Source: Lama guanicoe
Lineage: Eukaryota
Direction of reading: 5' to 3'
Assembly: GCA_013239625.1 (NCBI GenBank)
Contig: MU054323.1
Span: 15,008,029-15,072,028 of the forward strand
DNA length: 64,000 nt
Shown here: one piece after another, positions 37,571 to 50,970 of the stretch
Position numbering within the stretch: the first letter of the stretch is position 1
How the letters are laid out: every line of letters begins with the position of its first letter
Made by a program: the position numbers and the translations under genes
Notes under the pieces: model-generated
Databases searched by the model: none
What the model was told of the DNA's origin: nothing
The model's input: only the letters and a program-made list of their open reading frames with translations

Positions 37571-40109
37571 ACAGCTGTCAACATTTTGGTTCATGACTTG
37601 AAATTTGTCCTTAGCGAATTCTTATTAAGAATTTTCTATATGCTGTGTGTGTGGCCATCTCACTTCCATCAACCAATAGCACAGGGTTTCAATTTTAGAG
37701 TCCAGACAATTTTAACTTAAGAATTGTGTCTCCCTCCACAGATGCTGCTCAGAGATGATTTAATTTACAGTAATCCAAAGTGAATGTAATTGCAGAAGCA
37801 TCCATAATGGGATAAAGCACACCCAGCTATGACACCTCACTGAGGAATGAAAAGTATTGAACGTGAAAATCCTGATAGAAAAGTAAGACAGTTAAAAAAA
37901 CACCATACGAAAAAATTAGAAAGAATGAGTTTAGGGTTAGCAATGTAGATGTGAAAAAAGCTTCCTACTCTATCATTCTGAAATGCTGTATTTGTACCTA
38001 GTATTTTCAAGTGTAGGTTAACAAAGCTATAGCCAGTGAAGCAAGTGGCTTCAGAATCAACTTCTCAATAAAGGTTCCCAAGGACCTCTGATGAAATTTA
38101 TAAGAAATTATCACTAAAGTCAGGGTGAAGCAGTAACAGCTGCAGATACAAGGGCCTCTGTAAACTGAAAACCTCTCCTAGATTATTTCTCCATGGGATG
38201 TGTGCCCATAATTGAGCTCATAAGAAAGAATTGGAAACAGGTGGGAGAATACAGATAAACAGAATAAAAAGCTGGTTGTGGAGTAAGTGACTGCATGGCT
38301 TGTGGACCAGTACACTCATCTTTGAGCACTATTTTTGCCTTAATGAATGTGGAATACACTTAACATGCTTACTTGCTTATATAATTGAGTGAAGTTCGTT
38401 CTTTTGATAATAATTCCATTATCGCCTGTCTTCCCTCTCCTTATGTTTACAGCAATTTTTTCTAAAATACACATTCAAGCTAAAATGTTGATTATAACAT
38501 TCAAGCTAAAATGTTGATTATAAAACTGTAGCTTTTATATTTGATTCATTTACACATAATGTGCCAGATATATCCTTTAGAAAAAACTATTCCCCACAGT
38601 TGGGGCACAGATTTTATTCACCTTGGCATCTTCTTGAGCTCAAACAGCTTTCTAAAAACAGTGGCTATAGAATATTTTCAATAAAAGATGTTTGTTTACA
38701 ATAGCATAGATATTAAAAATTCTAGTTAATGTTGTTTGATAGTCATAATTTTATCAACTGCATTACCTTTTTACATCAATCCTATATATAATCAGGGAAA
38801 TGGGGCTTAAAAGAGGAAAATAAAGTAGGGAAAGTCCCATAGATTTTAATGATTTGAAATCCCAGTTATTAATCAACCTTATAAAATAAATTCAAAAGCA
38901 ACCAAACCTTATGGAAAAAAATTAGCAAATTTTAAAATATTTTCCATATTCAGCCAATTCAATGTGTAGAGGTTAAAAAAACAAAAGTTCTATTCCATAT
39001 TCTACGAGGTAAGAGGGCTTCTCACACTAAGGCTATGTTTCTAGTTGATAGTCTAATCTAAGTTGCTTCTGCCTTTTTGAAATTCTGTCATTGCTTCATG
39101 AACTGTGTGAGGTTTTTGCTGAAAATAAACAATTCTGTCTCTTCAGTGCCATGGAAAATAGCTGTCTGCATCAATATTGCATGGCTAAAATTATCCTTAG
39201 TGCCTGTTACTCAAGCATTTCTGTTTCTTCATTTTGTGCCCAACCAACTTCTGTTAATCTTGAAGGTGCTACTTGATGTCCTGTGGTCACACAGGCTTTC
39301 AACACAACCAGTCCAACAGAGTGCAGCTGCCCAAGAATTGAGTTTACATGTAGCAACATATTGAAAGTACAAGACATTGCAAAATAAAATCCAACAAAAC
39401 AGGAAAATGTTCAAATCAAAAGAGAAATACTAGAAGCATGTGACACCAACAAATTATAATATACTTCTCCAATCAGTTTAAAGCAAACAATAAGAGGCAA
39501 AAGAACCTAAAGGGGAAGTCTTACTACTAAGTGGTTTGGCCAATTCACAGATGTGAGAAAAGGTGTTTCAAGGTGCAACTTCAAAAGATGAAAGGTTGTA
39601 ACTGCAAAATCTAACACAAAACAAACTGGATTTAGTCCCTAGAGAGACTGAAGTTGAAGACAGTCACAGTGTAAACCACAGATGAAGAATGTGGAAAATT
39701 GTCACCATCAATTTCAGTGGCTTTGGAAGGTATTTGGCAGCCTGTGCGGGAAGACCAAGTAATACCAAATGATGGATTTAGCCCTGTTGTCAACTGCTGA
39801 GCTGATGGATACAAATCACTTGCCTTTTAAACTCCAAGTTGTGAAAATAGAATGGATTGAGCTGTAAGGGGATCAAATGGATGAAAGTCAGATCAGAAGG
39901 TACACACCCCAAAGTGGTCTGGATCAATTTTCTTAAACTGGTTACAGTAAAGACATCTAATGTTCTCACTGAATTCTAAGGACTGGATTCTCTTATCCAG
40001 CAATAGTATAATGGTGGAAGGGAAGATAATGTTGGTGATGTTTCAGATAAGGGACATTCCTAGCATCACTTCCAGTCACAGCAGGCGGGTGGACCTACTT
40101 CAACCCTGC

Positions 40110-40330
40110 ATAAATCTCTGAGTGAGGACAGAGTGTGAGACACGGAAGCTGGGCCCATTTACACGTTATGTGACCCTGAGACAGCTACTCCATCTCTCTG
40201 AAGCTTTTTTCCCTTTAAAAAAATGTGGCAATTAATAAAAACAATTTTCTATTTCACAAGATTGTCTGAGGGTTAAACAAATCAGTTCTGTGAAAATGCA
40301 CTGACGTACACATGTTTAAGAATAGCTGCT
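40110..40330 (+). mobile_element. MIR SINE fragment
   Basis: 'ttatgtgaccctgagacagctactccatctctctgaagc...gattgtctgagggttaaa'. Confidence 0.6.
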
Positions 40331-41199
40331 AAAGGACAATCAACTAATTCTTTTCTATCCCCAAATTTCTTTGGAATGTCCAAAATGAAAAAGAAAACTT
40401 TATTTAAAAACTTTATTGGGGCTAGAAAACAAGACAAAAATTGTAAAGGATTTCTTTAAGATAGAGTAAAGGTAAGATCATGTTATGAAAAGCAATTACT
40501 AGCTGGCAAATCAACGGAAGTGAAAAATGTGAAGAAGGGACCCTCTTGGAATAATAAGAGAACAAGACTTTCCAACAGAGCCCTGGAAAGTACTACTCTG
40601 AAACTAGCATGAACTGAGAGAGAAGGAATGCCCCTGGGACACTTGGAATACTAGCGCACTGAACCAATGGAAGCATTTCAGAAACTGTCTCAGTACTCAG
40701 ATACATACAATGGGCAGTGGCACTCACTGCCACTCCTCCAACTAGAGGCCAGCCCACAAGGTAAGTCATGAGATTTGCTACTGCAAGCTCCTAAAAACAC
40801 AACCACATCAGTTACAGAATGGTGAAATGACACCTCCTTAAATGGAGGGGGAGAAAGGCAAAATAACAGCCTCTCTGATAGCACTTTCCATTCTTTCCTT
40901 GAACTAAAGAATTTTTGATGATTCTCAGGCATCTCAACTTTCCATCTGGGGATAGTGAGTGAGGATAGACCATAGGCCAGCTGGCAGAAAGAAAATTACT
41001 TGAACAACTTTAGGAACTGCAAGCATAAATAAATAAATAAATAAAAACATATATTATATATATAAACAAACTTTGCAACAAGTAAATTTTTCTGCAAAAT
41101 AAAAAAAAAATGCCTTGTCTAGGAACACATTCTAGCATTAGAGAGTATATAGGAAAAAAAGACAAAAATCCTCATCTTCATATGCCCATATTCCAAAAT

Positions 41200-42330
41200 C
41201 AGATATTTTCTTTTCTACTTGACACCTGCTTCCCCCATTTTTTTTATTACCAGGAAAAGAAGGGTTCCATCTAGAAAAATGGAGTTATTGAATCCATCAA
41301 GAAGATAAACCAAAGACTAGGAAAAAATTTTTCTCAAAGGACAATTTAATTTAAAAATTGAGTGGTGGCAGTAAAAAAAAAAATTAGATACTACAGCAAA
41401 ACAAGTATTTAAAAACAGGATTTATCCAGCTTTGTCTATAAGACTAGGATGGTAAATATTCTAGATGGTGTATTCTATATATAGTCTCTATTGATTATTA
41501 TTATTATTTATTAGCAACCCTTTAAAAATGTAAAAACCATTTTTAGTTCATGGGTCATATGAAAACAGGTCATGGGCCATAAATCTGCCAATCCCTGATT
41601 TAGAAGATCAGCTTATTTCTTTAATAACATGTCAGAAAATAGACTAAGACAACTTTGTTGGAGAACAGATCCAGGAAATTCCCCAAAAGTGAGAGAGCAA
41701 ATAGAAGAAAGACAAAACTATAATTAGGTAAGCAACAAGGAGTATTTTTCTGAGATGAAGACTTAAATCTTTAGATTAAAGGAGCTCAGAATTATGGATG
41801 AAAAATGGATGTAAAGAAAACTATTAACTGCTTTTTTCAGTGAAGTTTTTGAACTCCAAGAAAAAAGTGTTTTTAATTCAAGCACAGGGGAAAAAGTTTA
41901 CTTACAAAATAAAAACAAAGTTATGTTCACATCAGATTTCTTTTCTGTTTTATTAATTACCAGAGGGCAAAGGAGATACGTCTACAGTTGCCAAGTTATG
42001 TCATTCAAGTGCCAAAACTACAGAAAGAGTTTCCAGTGTCCAGTGATCCAATAGTACACTCATTACTTATCCCTCTTGGGTAAAAATATCTGAAAATGTA
42101 CTCAAGATGATAGAGAATTATGTTTTTTAAAAAAGTAGTTCAAGAGGAAAAGTAAGATATAGAATCTGGTGACAAAACTTCTGAAAAGACACAGAAGTTT
42201 AAGTTTAGGGGGGAAAAATTGTATTCTTTGAAATAGAAAAACCATTAGAAATAAAAATAAAATAGAAAGTAGAAATAAATAAGAAAATAAGTTAAAAGAC
42301 TAGAGTTACAAAGAAAAAAATTAGGAAAGA
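41200..42330 (+). mobile_element. Old L1/HAL1 ORF1-region fragment
   Basis: A-rich, with 'gaagacttaaatctttagattaaagg' and 'cacatcagatttcttttc' ORF1-type motifs. Confidence 0.5.
41425..41598. mobile_element. hAT-Charlie MITE (MER58-like)
   Basis: 'tttaaaaatgtaaaaaccatttttagttcatgggtcatatgaaaacagg...tgccaatccctg'. Confidence 0.75.
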
Positions 42331-42979
42331 CTTCAGATTCATAGCCCTTATCCTAGCTCAAATACAAAACAATTTCTGTCAAATTTAAAGACAATACTGG
42401 ATCTCCAGCTTCTAAACAGAGCAGAGGATTGGCTCAAGCTACTTTTTCTGCACACCATTCACATTAGTCTGGGACCTCTGTAGCTATATTTTAATGTACC
42501 CTTAGTTGCAATATTTCTATGGCAAATATTCCAGAAATTTTACCTAGCTCGTAGGGACCTGCCTTAGCAGGGACACACACACTGCCTGACTTCATTCACT
42601 TATTCACGTAAGAGATACAGTGTGCCCAGCACTTTGTGTGCTGGGGACAAACAGGGAACAAAATAGACATAAATTCTTGCTCTGTTGGTGCCTATATTCT
42701 AAAATAAGCTTATCTTCTCTTTTATGTGATACCTCTTCCCCATCTTATATTGCCAAGTAAAGAAAGGCTGCATGAAAAGTTACTGCACCAATCAGCTTCA
42801 ATATTTTTTATCTTTTTTCTTTTCTACTACTTTCTTTTCCTTTCTTTACTTATCTTTCTTATACTCTTTTGTATTCCTAATTTTGCTTCTTAAAATGTGG
42901 CACGAGGTCTGTAAGCAACCCTACTTTGTTGCTGAGGATCAGAAGTGATGGCAGAAAGCAGCAGTCCATCAACTGATGG

Positions 42980-43160
42980 TAAGTGTGGAGTCAGGGCACC
43001 TGGCTTTGAACTCTAACTTTATCACTTAGAGCTACTAGTTGTGAGACTTCATACAAATTCCTTAACTTCTTGATGCTTCAGTTTTCTTGTCTATGTAATA
43101 AAGCCAACAATAAGATTTACTTTGGAAGGTTGCAGTAAGGATTAAATAACTGATAAAAAG
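42980..43160 (+). mobile_element. MIR SINE
   Basis: 'tggagtcagggcacctggctttgaactct...cttcagttttcttgtctatgtaa...aggattaaat'. Confidence 0.75.
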
Positions 43161-44649
43161 GTTGATAAGTATCAGCCTTAAAATGTAAAATGTGCCCAAC
43201 AATCCCTATACTCAATTTAGTCCTTACAGCCAATCCTAAATAAATGATGTTCCCTTTAAGGTATAGCTGTAATAATACTGGTAATAATAATAATGACTGT
43301 TTGCTGAACCTTTCTTTGATTTTTTAATGGACATAGTAAAGGTAACCCACACTCACAAAGTTGTGAAGACATAAACATGAAAGGATAAATCACATGAGGT
43401 ATTACAAGTCAATCCATAATTTGAACTCAGGTAATTCTGACTTCCAACACTTTTCTTCTTGTGCTACCTCCTTTGAAAAAGCATTCGAATCTCTATTCAT
43501 CCAAATAACTGAATCCAACCTAATCCTCTTGGGAAAATGCAAAGGCTTTGAGAACTCTGAACTAAGTGTCATTACCCTGGCACTCTTCTTATGACAAAAG
43601 GCTTTTATAAAAACAAAAGTGCAGTTTAGAAAATGGCATTATGACTTTACGGGACATAAAAATAAAGAAGACTTGAGCCCTTTGAGGAGAACCCTCTGCC
43701 CTCAAAGAAGAGTTTAATATGTTGCTCTCACAGAAAAATAATCCTTATGGAAAGGGCAAGATCAATCATAAGAGAAACCTCACACTTGATATGATGTTGA
43801 GCTACCAGCTTAAGGACAGAGAGAGAGCAAAAATTTATGAATGGGGTCATGCAGATGAGAGATGCCGTCAGAAGGGTAGCTGGCTGAAAACACCCCCTGC
43901 CATGTGAACACTAATTATAGCAATAGTATGCACGTATAACATGCTCACTCTATGAGGCTCGTTGTGCGGAATGCTTTACATTCTGTCACATTCAGTTTTC
44001 ACACTAATAACATAGGTTCTGTTGTTATTCTGATTCTCAAAAGGATGGTGAAACTCAGGGAGTTTAGGAAATGTGACCAAGATAATGAAATTAGTAAGCA
44101 GAACTGCCAAAAAACCAGGTAATAAGTTCTTGAGAAACAAGGTACTAAATAGAATTAAACAAAATGAATCATTTTCTTTTTCAATTAACATGATCCTTCT
44201 TCAAGGAAGAAAGTATATTCTGCCACAGATTTTAACACAGATAATTTATCAATTTAATTATTCACTTATAATTATGCATGGATGCATTTAGCCAATGTTT
44301 TCAAGCAGCCTATTAAGTACAAAGCACTTTGCTTGGTATTGCAGGAGGCTGGGTTTTGTAACACCCAAAAGTGTAAGTTTACAATAGAAGATGCTCCTAA
44401 CAATCCCACAACCTGCATTATCTACACCAGGAGTGAGCCTTGACCATCACAACAGCGTCTGCAAGCACTCGGTATCATGTGGTGCTAGATTCACAGATTC
44501 TGATCCTACCTTACTGCACAGCTTAACCCGCCTCAGCCCACCTCTCACAAGATAAAACAGCCTTATGCTGTCTCTCTGATTTTAATGAGTCATACTAAGA
44601 TATCAGTTTTCTGATTCCATGCCATGATGTTTGAGAAAATGCTGAAAAG

Positions 44650-45043
44650 TTTAAGAAAATGTTGTTACCTAGTAACTACAGGGTGATTTTGCAAGATACA
44701 GAGATCAAGGGAAGAAAAGAAAACTGGATTAGCATTGAGCAGGGAGATGGTGGAGCTGAAATCCCATTCCAACAAAATTTCAGCCAATCCCATGGTAAAC
44801 TCCAGTACTGAGATGGTCCTTCAGAGTTATCTTCAATTGGGGCAAGGGAATCCCCATGGATCCCAGTTGCTCTTGGAAGGACCTTGGGTGAAACAATTTT
44901 CTTTCTCACCCAGTCTTCCAAGGAAATTCTCAAGAAGGGATGACAACTAACAGCCATCTTTTTTAGTAGCTCTCAGGAACTGGTACAATAAATTCTTAAG
45001 TTACAAAAGTAGATCAAGGCAGTGTACCGTAACAACCACAACA
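44650..45043 (-). mobile_element. ERVL 3' LTR (LTR40-like), antisense
   Basis: 'cagccaatcccatgg...gagatggtccttcagagtt'. On the minus strand the LTR start is preceded by PPT-like AAGGTGTGAAC (45044-45054). Confidence 0.6.
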
Positions 45044-45730
45044 GTTCACACCTTGTGCCCCTTGGATACATTTCTTTGTATATGTTCTGGGAACAGATCC
45101 TTTAGGATTTCAGTGGGCTACTCTTCTTGGGGGAAATATAGAAGGGGAAATTAGTGGGATGAACTGCAGCCTCTGTCACTGTTGGTCTTGAGGGTACAGC
45201 TAATATCACTGTTTCTCTTTTCCATTTAATTCCCCTCACCTTCATCTCACATGAAGGCTGATCTCACTGAGTTGTCTGGTGGTGTGATCTGGACCCACAT
45301 CCCTATCGGTTCAAGTCCCAGTTCACCATGCTTTTCTCAGGGCAGGTTTGTTGTATTTGTTCTTTCACTGTCGGAATTAGTACCCAGAGATGCCCAAGTG
45401 GATGCCAAAAGTAATCTTCCCTGCAGCCGTTCAGTAACAGTGCCTTATCGCCCCACAGTGATGAGGGTCAATTACTGCTACCAGCAATGGTGGCTCTAGC
45501 CTTGTCTGCTGCTCCCTTAGCAGTAAAAATTCAATATGCCAAGGCAGCAACTGTAGCTTATGGTTCAATGGAACTCTAGCTGTGTTCCCTGGCAAAACTC
45601 TTTCTGAGAACCTGCATTTCCATACAAAATACAGGCTCACAGCCTAGAATTTCAGGACAGGAAGTACAAATTCCTTAACTGGGTCACTCGGAGTGATGGT
45701 AGCTGGTTCCTGTGAATCTATGTATTATGT
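45044..45730 (-). mobile_element. ERVL internal remnant (3' part)
   Basis: Contiguous with the PPT/LTR, GC-balanced, and resembling an ERVL (ERV3-16A3-like) post-integrase region. Confidence 0.6.
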
Positions 45731-45734
45731 TTAA

Positions 45735-47395
45735 AAAGATTTTTAGGTAGACCAATAAACACTTAGGAATAAATTTAACCAAGGAGAAAAAAAAGATCTA
45801 TACACTGAAAATCGTAAGACATTGGCAAAAGAAATGGGGGAAAACACAAATAAATGAAAACATATTCAGTATTCATGGGTCAGCAGAATTAATATTGTTT
45901 AAATGCCCATACTACCCAAAGCCACCTATAGATTCAATGCAATCCCTATCAAAATTCCAATGGCATTTTTCACAGACATAGATAAAACCAACCCAAAATT
46001 TGGATACAACTTCAAAAGAACTCAATAGCTAATGCAATCTTGAGAAAGAAAGGGGGAAAAAAGCTTAAGTCATCATATTCCCTGATTTCAAACTATATTA
46101 CAAGCTATAGTAAATAGTACAGTATAGTACTGGCATAAAAGAGACACATAGACAAACAAGAAAGAATGCAGAGCCCAGAAGTAAACTCACACATAAACAG
46201 TCAATATTTGACAAGGGTGCCGATAATTACACAATGGAGAAAGAAAAGTCTCTTCAATAAATGCTGTTAAGAAAACTGGAAATTCACATGCGAAAGAATA
46301 TTGGAACCCTATTTTACACCACTCACAAAAATTAACTTGAAATGGATTAAATACTTAAGTGTAAGATACGAAACTAGAAAACTCCTTGAAGAAACCATAG
46401 GGGAAAACTTATTTGACATTGGTCTTGGCAAAGATTTTGTTGGATATAAGCCAAAAGCAAAAACAACAAAATCAAAAATGTTTAAACAAGTGTAACTACA
46501 TCAAACTAAAAATTTCCTCACAGTAAATTTAAAAAAGGAACAAAATGAAAAAGCAACCTACTTAATGCAAGAAAATATTTGTAAATTATATACCTGATAA
46601 GGGGTTAACATCCAAAATATACAAGGAACTGATACAACTCAGTAGAAAAAAAGTATTATTTAAAAATGGTCAGAGAACCTGAACAGACATTTTTCAAAAA
46701 AAAGACATACAAATTGCCAACAGGTACATGAAAACATGCCTATCACCACTAATCATTAGAGAAATGCATATCAAAAACACAATGAGATATCATTTCACAC
46801 CTGCTAGTGTGAGGCTCGTTGCTAGAATGACTGCTAGAAAGACTATTATTGAAAAGATAAGCCATGGCAAGTGTTCACAAGGATGTGGAGAAAAAAAACT
46901 TTTGTGAATGTTAAATGGTGCAGCTACCATGTAAAACAGCCTGAAAATTCCTCAAAAAAAAAAATAGAACTACTGTACAATCCAGAGATCCCACTTCTGG
47001 TTATACACGTGAAGGAAATGAAATCACTGTCTCAAAAAGATATTTTCACTCTCATGTTCACTGCAGCATTATTCACAATACCCAAGACATGAAAATAACC
47101 AAAGTGTTCATCAACAGATAAAGAAAATGTGGAATATATATGTATTGCAATATTACTCAGCTGCAAAAAGGAAGGAAATCTGCCATTTGCGACATGGATG
47201 GACTTTGAGGGCATAATGCTAAGTGAAATAAGTAAACCAGAGCAAGACAAATACTGTATGATCTTACTTATATGTGGAAATAGATCTAAAAAAGCCAAAC
47301 TCATAGAAGCAGATAATAGAATGGTGGTGGCTAGGGGCCAGAGTTGGGGAAATGAGGAGATGCTGGTCAAAAGGTACTCTCTACTATGTATTAAC
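45735..47395 (+). mobile_element. L1 (L1MA-like) ORF2 3' part and 3' UTR inserted in the ERVL
   Basis: Clear ORF2 remnants (EPYFTPLTKINLKWIKYL; 'tatagattcaatgcaatccctatcaaaattccaatggcattttt'; LPFATWMDFEGIMLSEISK), with frameshifts and stops. Confidence 0.95.
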
Positions 47396-47399
47396 ATGT

Positions 47400-48600
47400 G
47401 ATATGATGATCTTCAATCTCTATGTCCACTCTTAGGTGTCCATTCACATGTCTCTAATGCAGACCCTCTTGTCCTCAATCTTCTAATGTTTCTTCTTACA
47501 TGATCTTGATCATGGTAATCATTCCATTATATTCTAACCTTGGAACATTTTCTTTCCACATAAAACTAATGACCAAATGTACCAACAAAAACTCTGCTCA
47601 TTTGAGGATTTCTCCTCACCACTCTCTTTCCAGGCTACACCTGAGAGAGGCTTTAATGAGGCCTCCATCCATTTTTGGTTTGTACTCCAGAACTGGTCCA
47701 TTTGTGAACCATGCTCAGACTTTTCACTACCTCTATGAGACTGCGGTCAAGGATCACTTATATGACAATACAAGCTGTGGAAGAGATACTGGTGGAACTC
47801 TGGGTATCTGCTTCTGCAGCTTGCTTCTTTGTACTCCTACTTGACCCCAGAATTATCACTTCCATTACAAAATGGGTTGCTGTCGACCCACTCAACATTA
47901 TTACTTGGTGAGTTTGAGAGAACCAAGTTTATCTCAGTTACACCTGCATGGTTATTTGGTACCCCATGACCAATTGCTCTCTCTCTATTGGGACACAGGA
48001 ACTTAAACAGAAGCTGTTTATCAAAAGGCATATAATGTTACACAGTATATGACACGGTCTTGCTCCAAAACCTTAGGAGTCTGTGTAGTGGTTCTCCCAC
48101 TAAGGCAAGCCATAAACCCCACACGGCATCTTTTCCCCATAATGATCCAACTAATTGCTTCTGTTTGTTCAGGTGTCCAATCATCTCCACTGCTATTAGT
48201 TATTGCAGTTCTATAATAGCCTCTCCTACTTTCGATCTTGACTTACAGAAGAGAGTCACCACTGAACATCTCAGTGATGATGTTGCCCCTCTCACCAACA
48301 TATTCCTATTGCTCTCGTAAATGGCACAGTCTCAGATACCTTACGTGGAACATTTAGTGGATTTTCTTGGCATAATTATTATATGTGTTCTGTAATATCC
48401 ATTTATCTGAGCCTTTTATTTCTTCCTTATATCATCCTCTATGGAATATATGGCACTTCTGCCTTACTTAAGTCAATTCCTTTCCCATGTATTTTGGAGC
48501 CATACTAGAAGCTTGTTCCCTCAGTTTTCTTATCTCTCTGTATCCTTTTGTGAAAGCCCCCAAAATGTGAGATTGATAACAAGTCATCATGACTGATCAG
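47400..48600 (-). mobile_element. ERVL pol remnant (RT connection/RNase H), antisense
   Basis: The minus strand gives AWFTNG (approx. AWFTDG) near 47700, SGEEKSS...AE (approx. GKSSQWAEL) near 47600 and VRI near 47535. Heavily disrupted. Confidence 0.7.
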
Positions 48601-49669
48601 AAATTTTATCTACAATCCAGGATGAGAGGAGTATGTGGAGATATAGAATGCCGAGATTATTATGTGACAATTACTGCAAAAGATACAACATTATCATGGG
48701 AGGACTATTTCATTCATTTGAATAATTGGTTTGACAAATTTCTATTACAACATTTCCATCTGGTTTTTCCCTCATTGAAGACAATACATTTAACAACTTT
48801 AACTTACTCTTGGAAATTACTTGTAAGGTGTTGATAGCATAGTTAATGCCCACTGAGACCCTGACTTATTTTATTGTCAACATAGATGAATTTTCAGTGT
48901 CACTTTCCTTTTTGAAAAATAAAATGGTCTTTATGGTCGTGAGAATATGTCTCAGGAATAATCTATCACTCTAGCTAAATTCTGCTCTACTCAGGTTAAA
49001 TTCACTCAGGTTAAATTCTACTCTACTTTTTTTCTTTTAAGTTTTAAGCTCATCAAGAAAGAATAATTCTAGTTTACCTGTTAAAGATCAAAGTGTTATG
49101 TCCCATCTCCTTTGTAAGCAAATGTCTTATATGGCATTATTTTCTCATTCTCACTAATTCTGATTTACTCTAAGAATAAAAGGCCATTGTTTCTTTTCGT
49201 ATTTGCTTACTTACCATCATCAGATTAGCTCATTTATTTTGCAGTTATTCTCGTGTGGTAAGTAAGCAAAACAAAGAAGAAAAATACTCAGAGGTTTTAA
49301 TGAAAACTCTTTAAAGGTTTGCTTTAAAATGACTACATATAACATTCCATGGGTTAACGCATGACTACAACCTAGTTTATGGCATTGTTAAGGGTGAACA
49401 TTAATATAAACACACTGCAGATTTACAGATTTCTAATATTCACTGTTTGTAATGTTAAAAGGTAGTTGTTTTTCCATTTTAAATAATGATATTAATGATA
49501 CCGTGTTAAAATTTTTAACCCTATAAACAATAGATATTCTTAATTTTGTAACTGAACTAAATTGACTTTTTCAAACACAAGGCTCCACTGTTTTTGCTTT
49601 GATTTTGTTGTTTTTTAGTTTTTACTCTGAAGGCTTTTAAAAATCAAATTCAAGAAGTTAAGTGATTAA

Positions 49670-50210
49670 CTACTGTTTGCTTCCAGCATCCATCCTCCCC
49701 TAGAAAGGGTAACCATCCACCAAAACCATCCCTTACCGATTCCTTTTCCCTCAGCCCATTAGTGATTTTCTCCATGAATAAGCTCTGATAGATTTAAATA
49801 AATCACAGAAACCAGTTCCCTTAGCCAAAGTATTTAGTTCAAGAACGGGTAGGCAACTCAATCAGGGCCAATGAGATACACAGGAATTGTTTGCTCAGGC
49901 TTCCAGAAAATGTATTTTTTTTTTCCTCATCTGCAGCTGGGATTTGTAAGAAGTAAGATTCCACCCAACTGCATCCTTCTTGCAATATCAAATGGAATCG
50001 ACCTAAAAATGCCAGCAACTTACTGAGGAAAGCAGAGACAACAGACTCAGAGATTCTGATCCTAATGACTATATTTAACCATCTGAATTAAACCATGTTG
50101 GGAGCTGATCTTAATCCTAGACTGTCAGTTATGTGACCCAATAAATTCCCCTTTCTGTTTAGTTAGGCTCAGTTAAATTTTTGGCCAGAAGCCACATGAA
50201 TACTAATGGA
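49670..50210 (+). mobile_element. ERVL LTR (LTR16-like)
   Basis: 'gggccaatgaga' and 'gactgtcagttatgtgacccaataaattccc'. Confidence 0.7.
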
Positions 50211-50799
50211 AACCTGAAAGAAATCTGTCATTGATCCAATGCACAACTACTGTAGAATTAGATCTTCATTACAAATAGACAAATGGGAAATTCCAAACAC
50301 GATATTCTTTTTATGTTTTCTGGAATGTTTATGTATCACTGGTACCTCTTCATTAGGTATGATGTGAATAAAAATATGTACAAAGCAAGTTAAATGTGGA
50401 GTCATTAGGGAAAATATAATCTTCAAAAGTGAAATTACCTTGTCAAATTCACCCCAATCCAGGTTCTAGTTCTCAGTCGAATATCTAGAAAATGAAATAA
50501 AATCTATCAGCATATCCTAAAATAATCAGTCTTTCAATGAGCTTCAACATCAAACAAATTCACACAAGCCTAGTATACGAAATCTAATACCAATTTTGTA
50601 ATGAATAACTCCATTCATCTAATTGCCAGATGGCTAAGTTCTCTGCTCAGGGCATCTCTTCCCCAATATTAACACAACTATAATGCCAAAAGAGTACTCA
50701 TTCTTGTTTTTAGGAGGTTTTTGTTTTTTGGGGAGGAGGGGTCTTTTTTTTTTCTTTTTTTTTGGAGAGCATGGAAATGAAGCCAAGAGATGGCATAAT

Positions 50800-50970
50800 C
50801 TTCAATGGTTCTCAACCAAAGGCAGTACTTCCTCCTGAAATTATTTAAACTTAACTGTGACTGGTAGTGTTTATGGGGTATGACTGGGGCTTAGTGACCA
50901 GGGTTTAGGATGCTGCTCACTGAGAAACACTTAGGTCTGTCCTGAATGAAATATCAACAAATACCAAGCC
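50800..50970. mobile_element. hAT-Charlie MITE fragment (MER20-like)
   Basis: 'caatggttctcaacc...ggatgctgct'. Confidence 0.45.

Noticed and set aside
39077..39814. Cluster of overlapping ORFs in unique DNA (possible exon or processed pseudogene)
   Set aside because: No recognisable homology, poly(A) tail, TSD or convincing splice-site pair.
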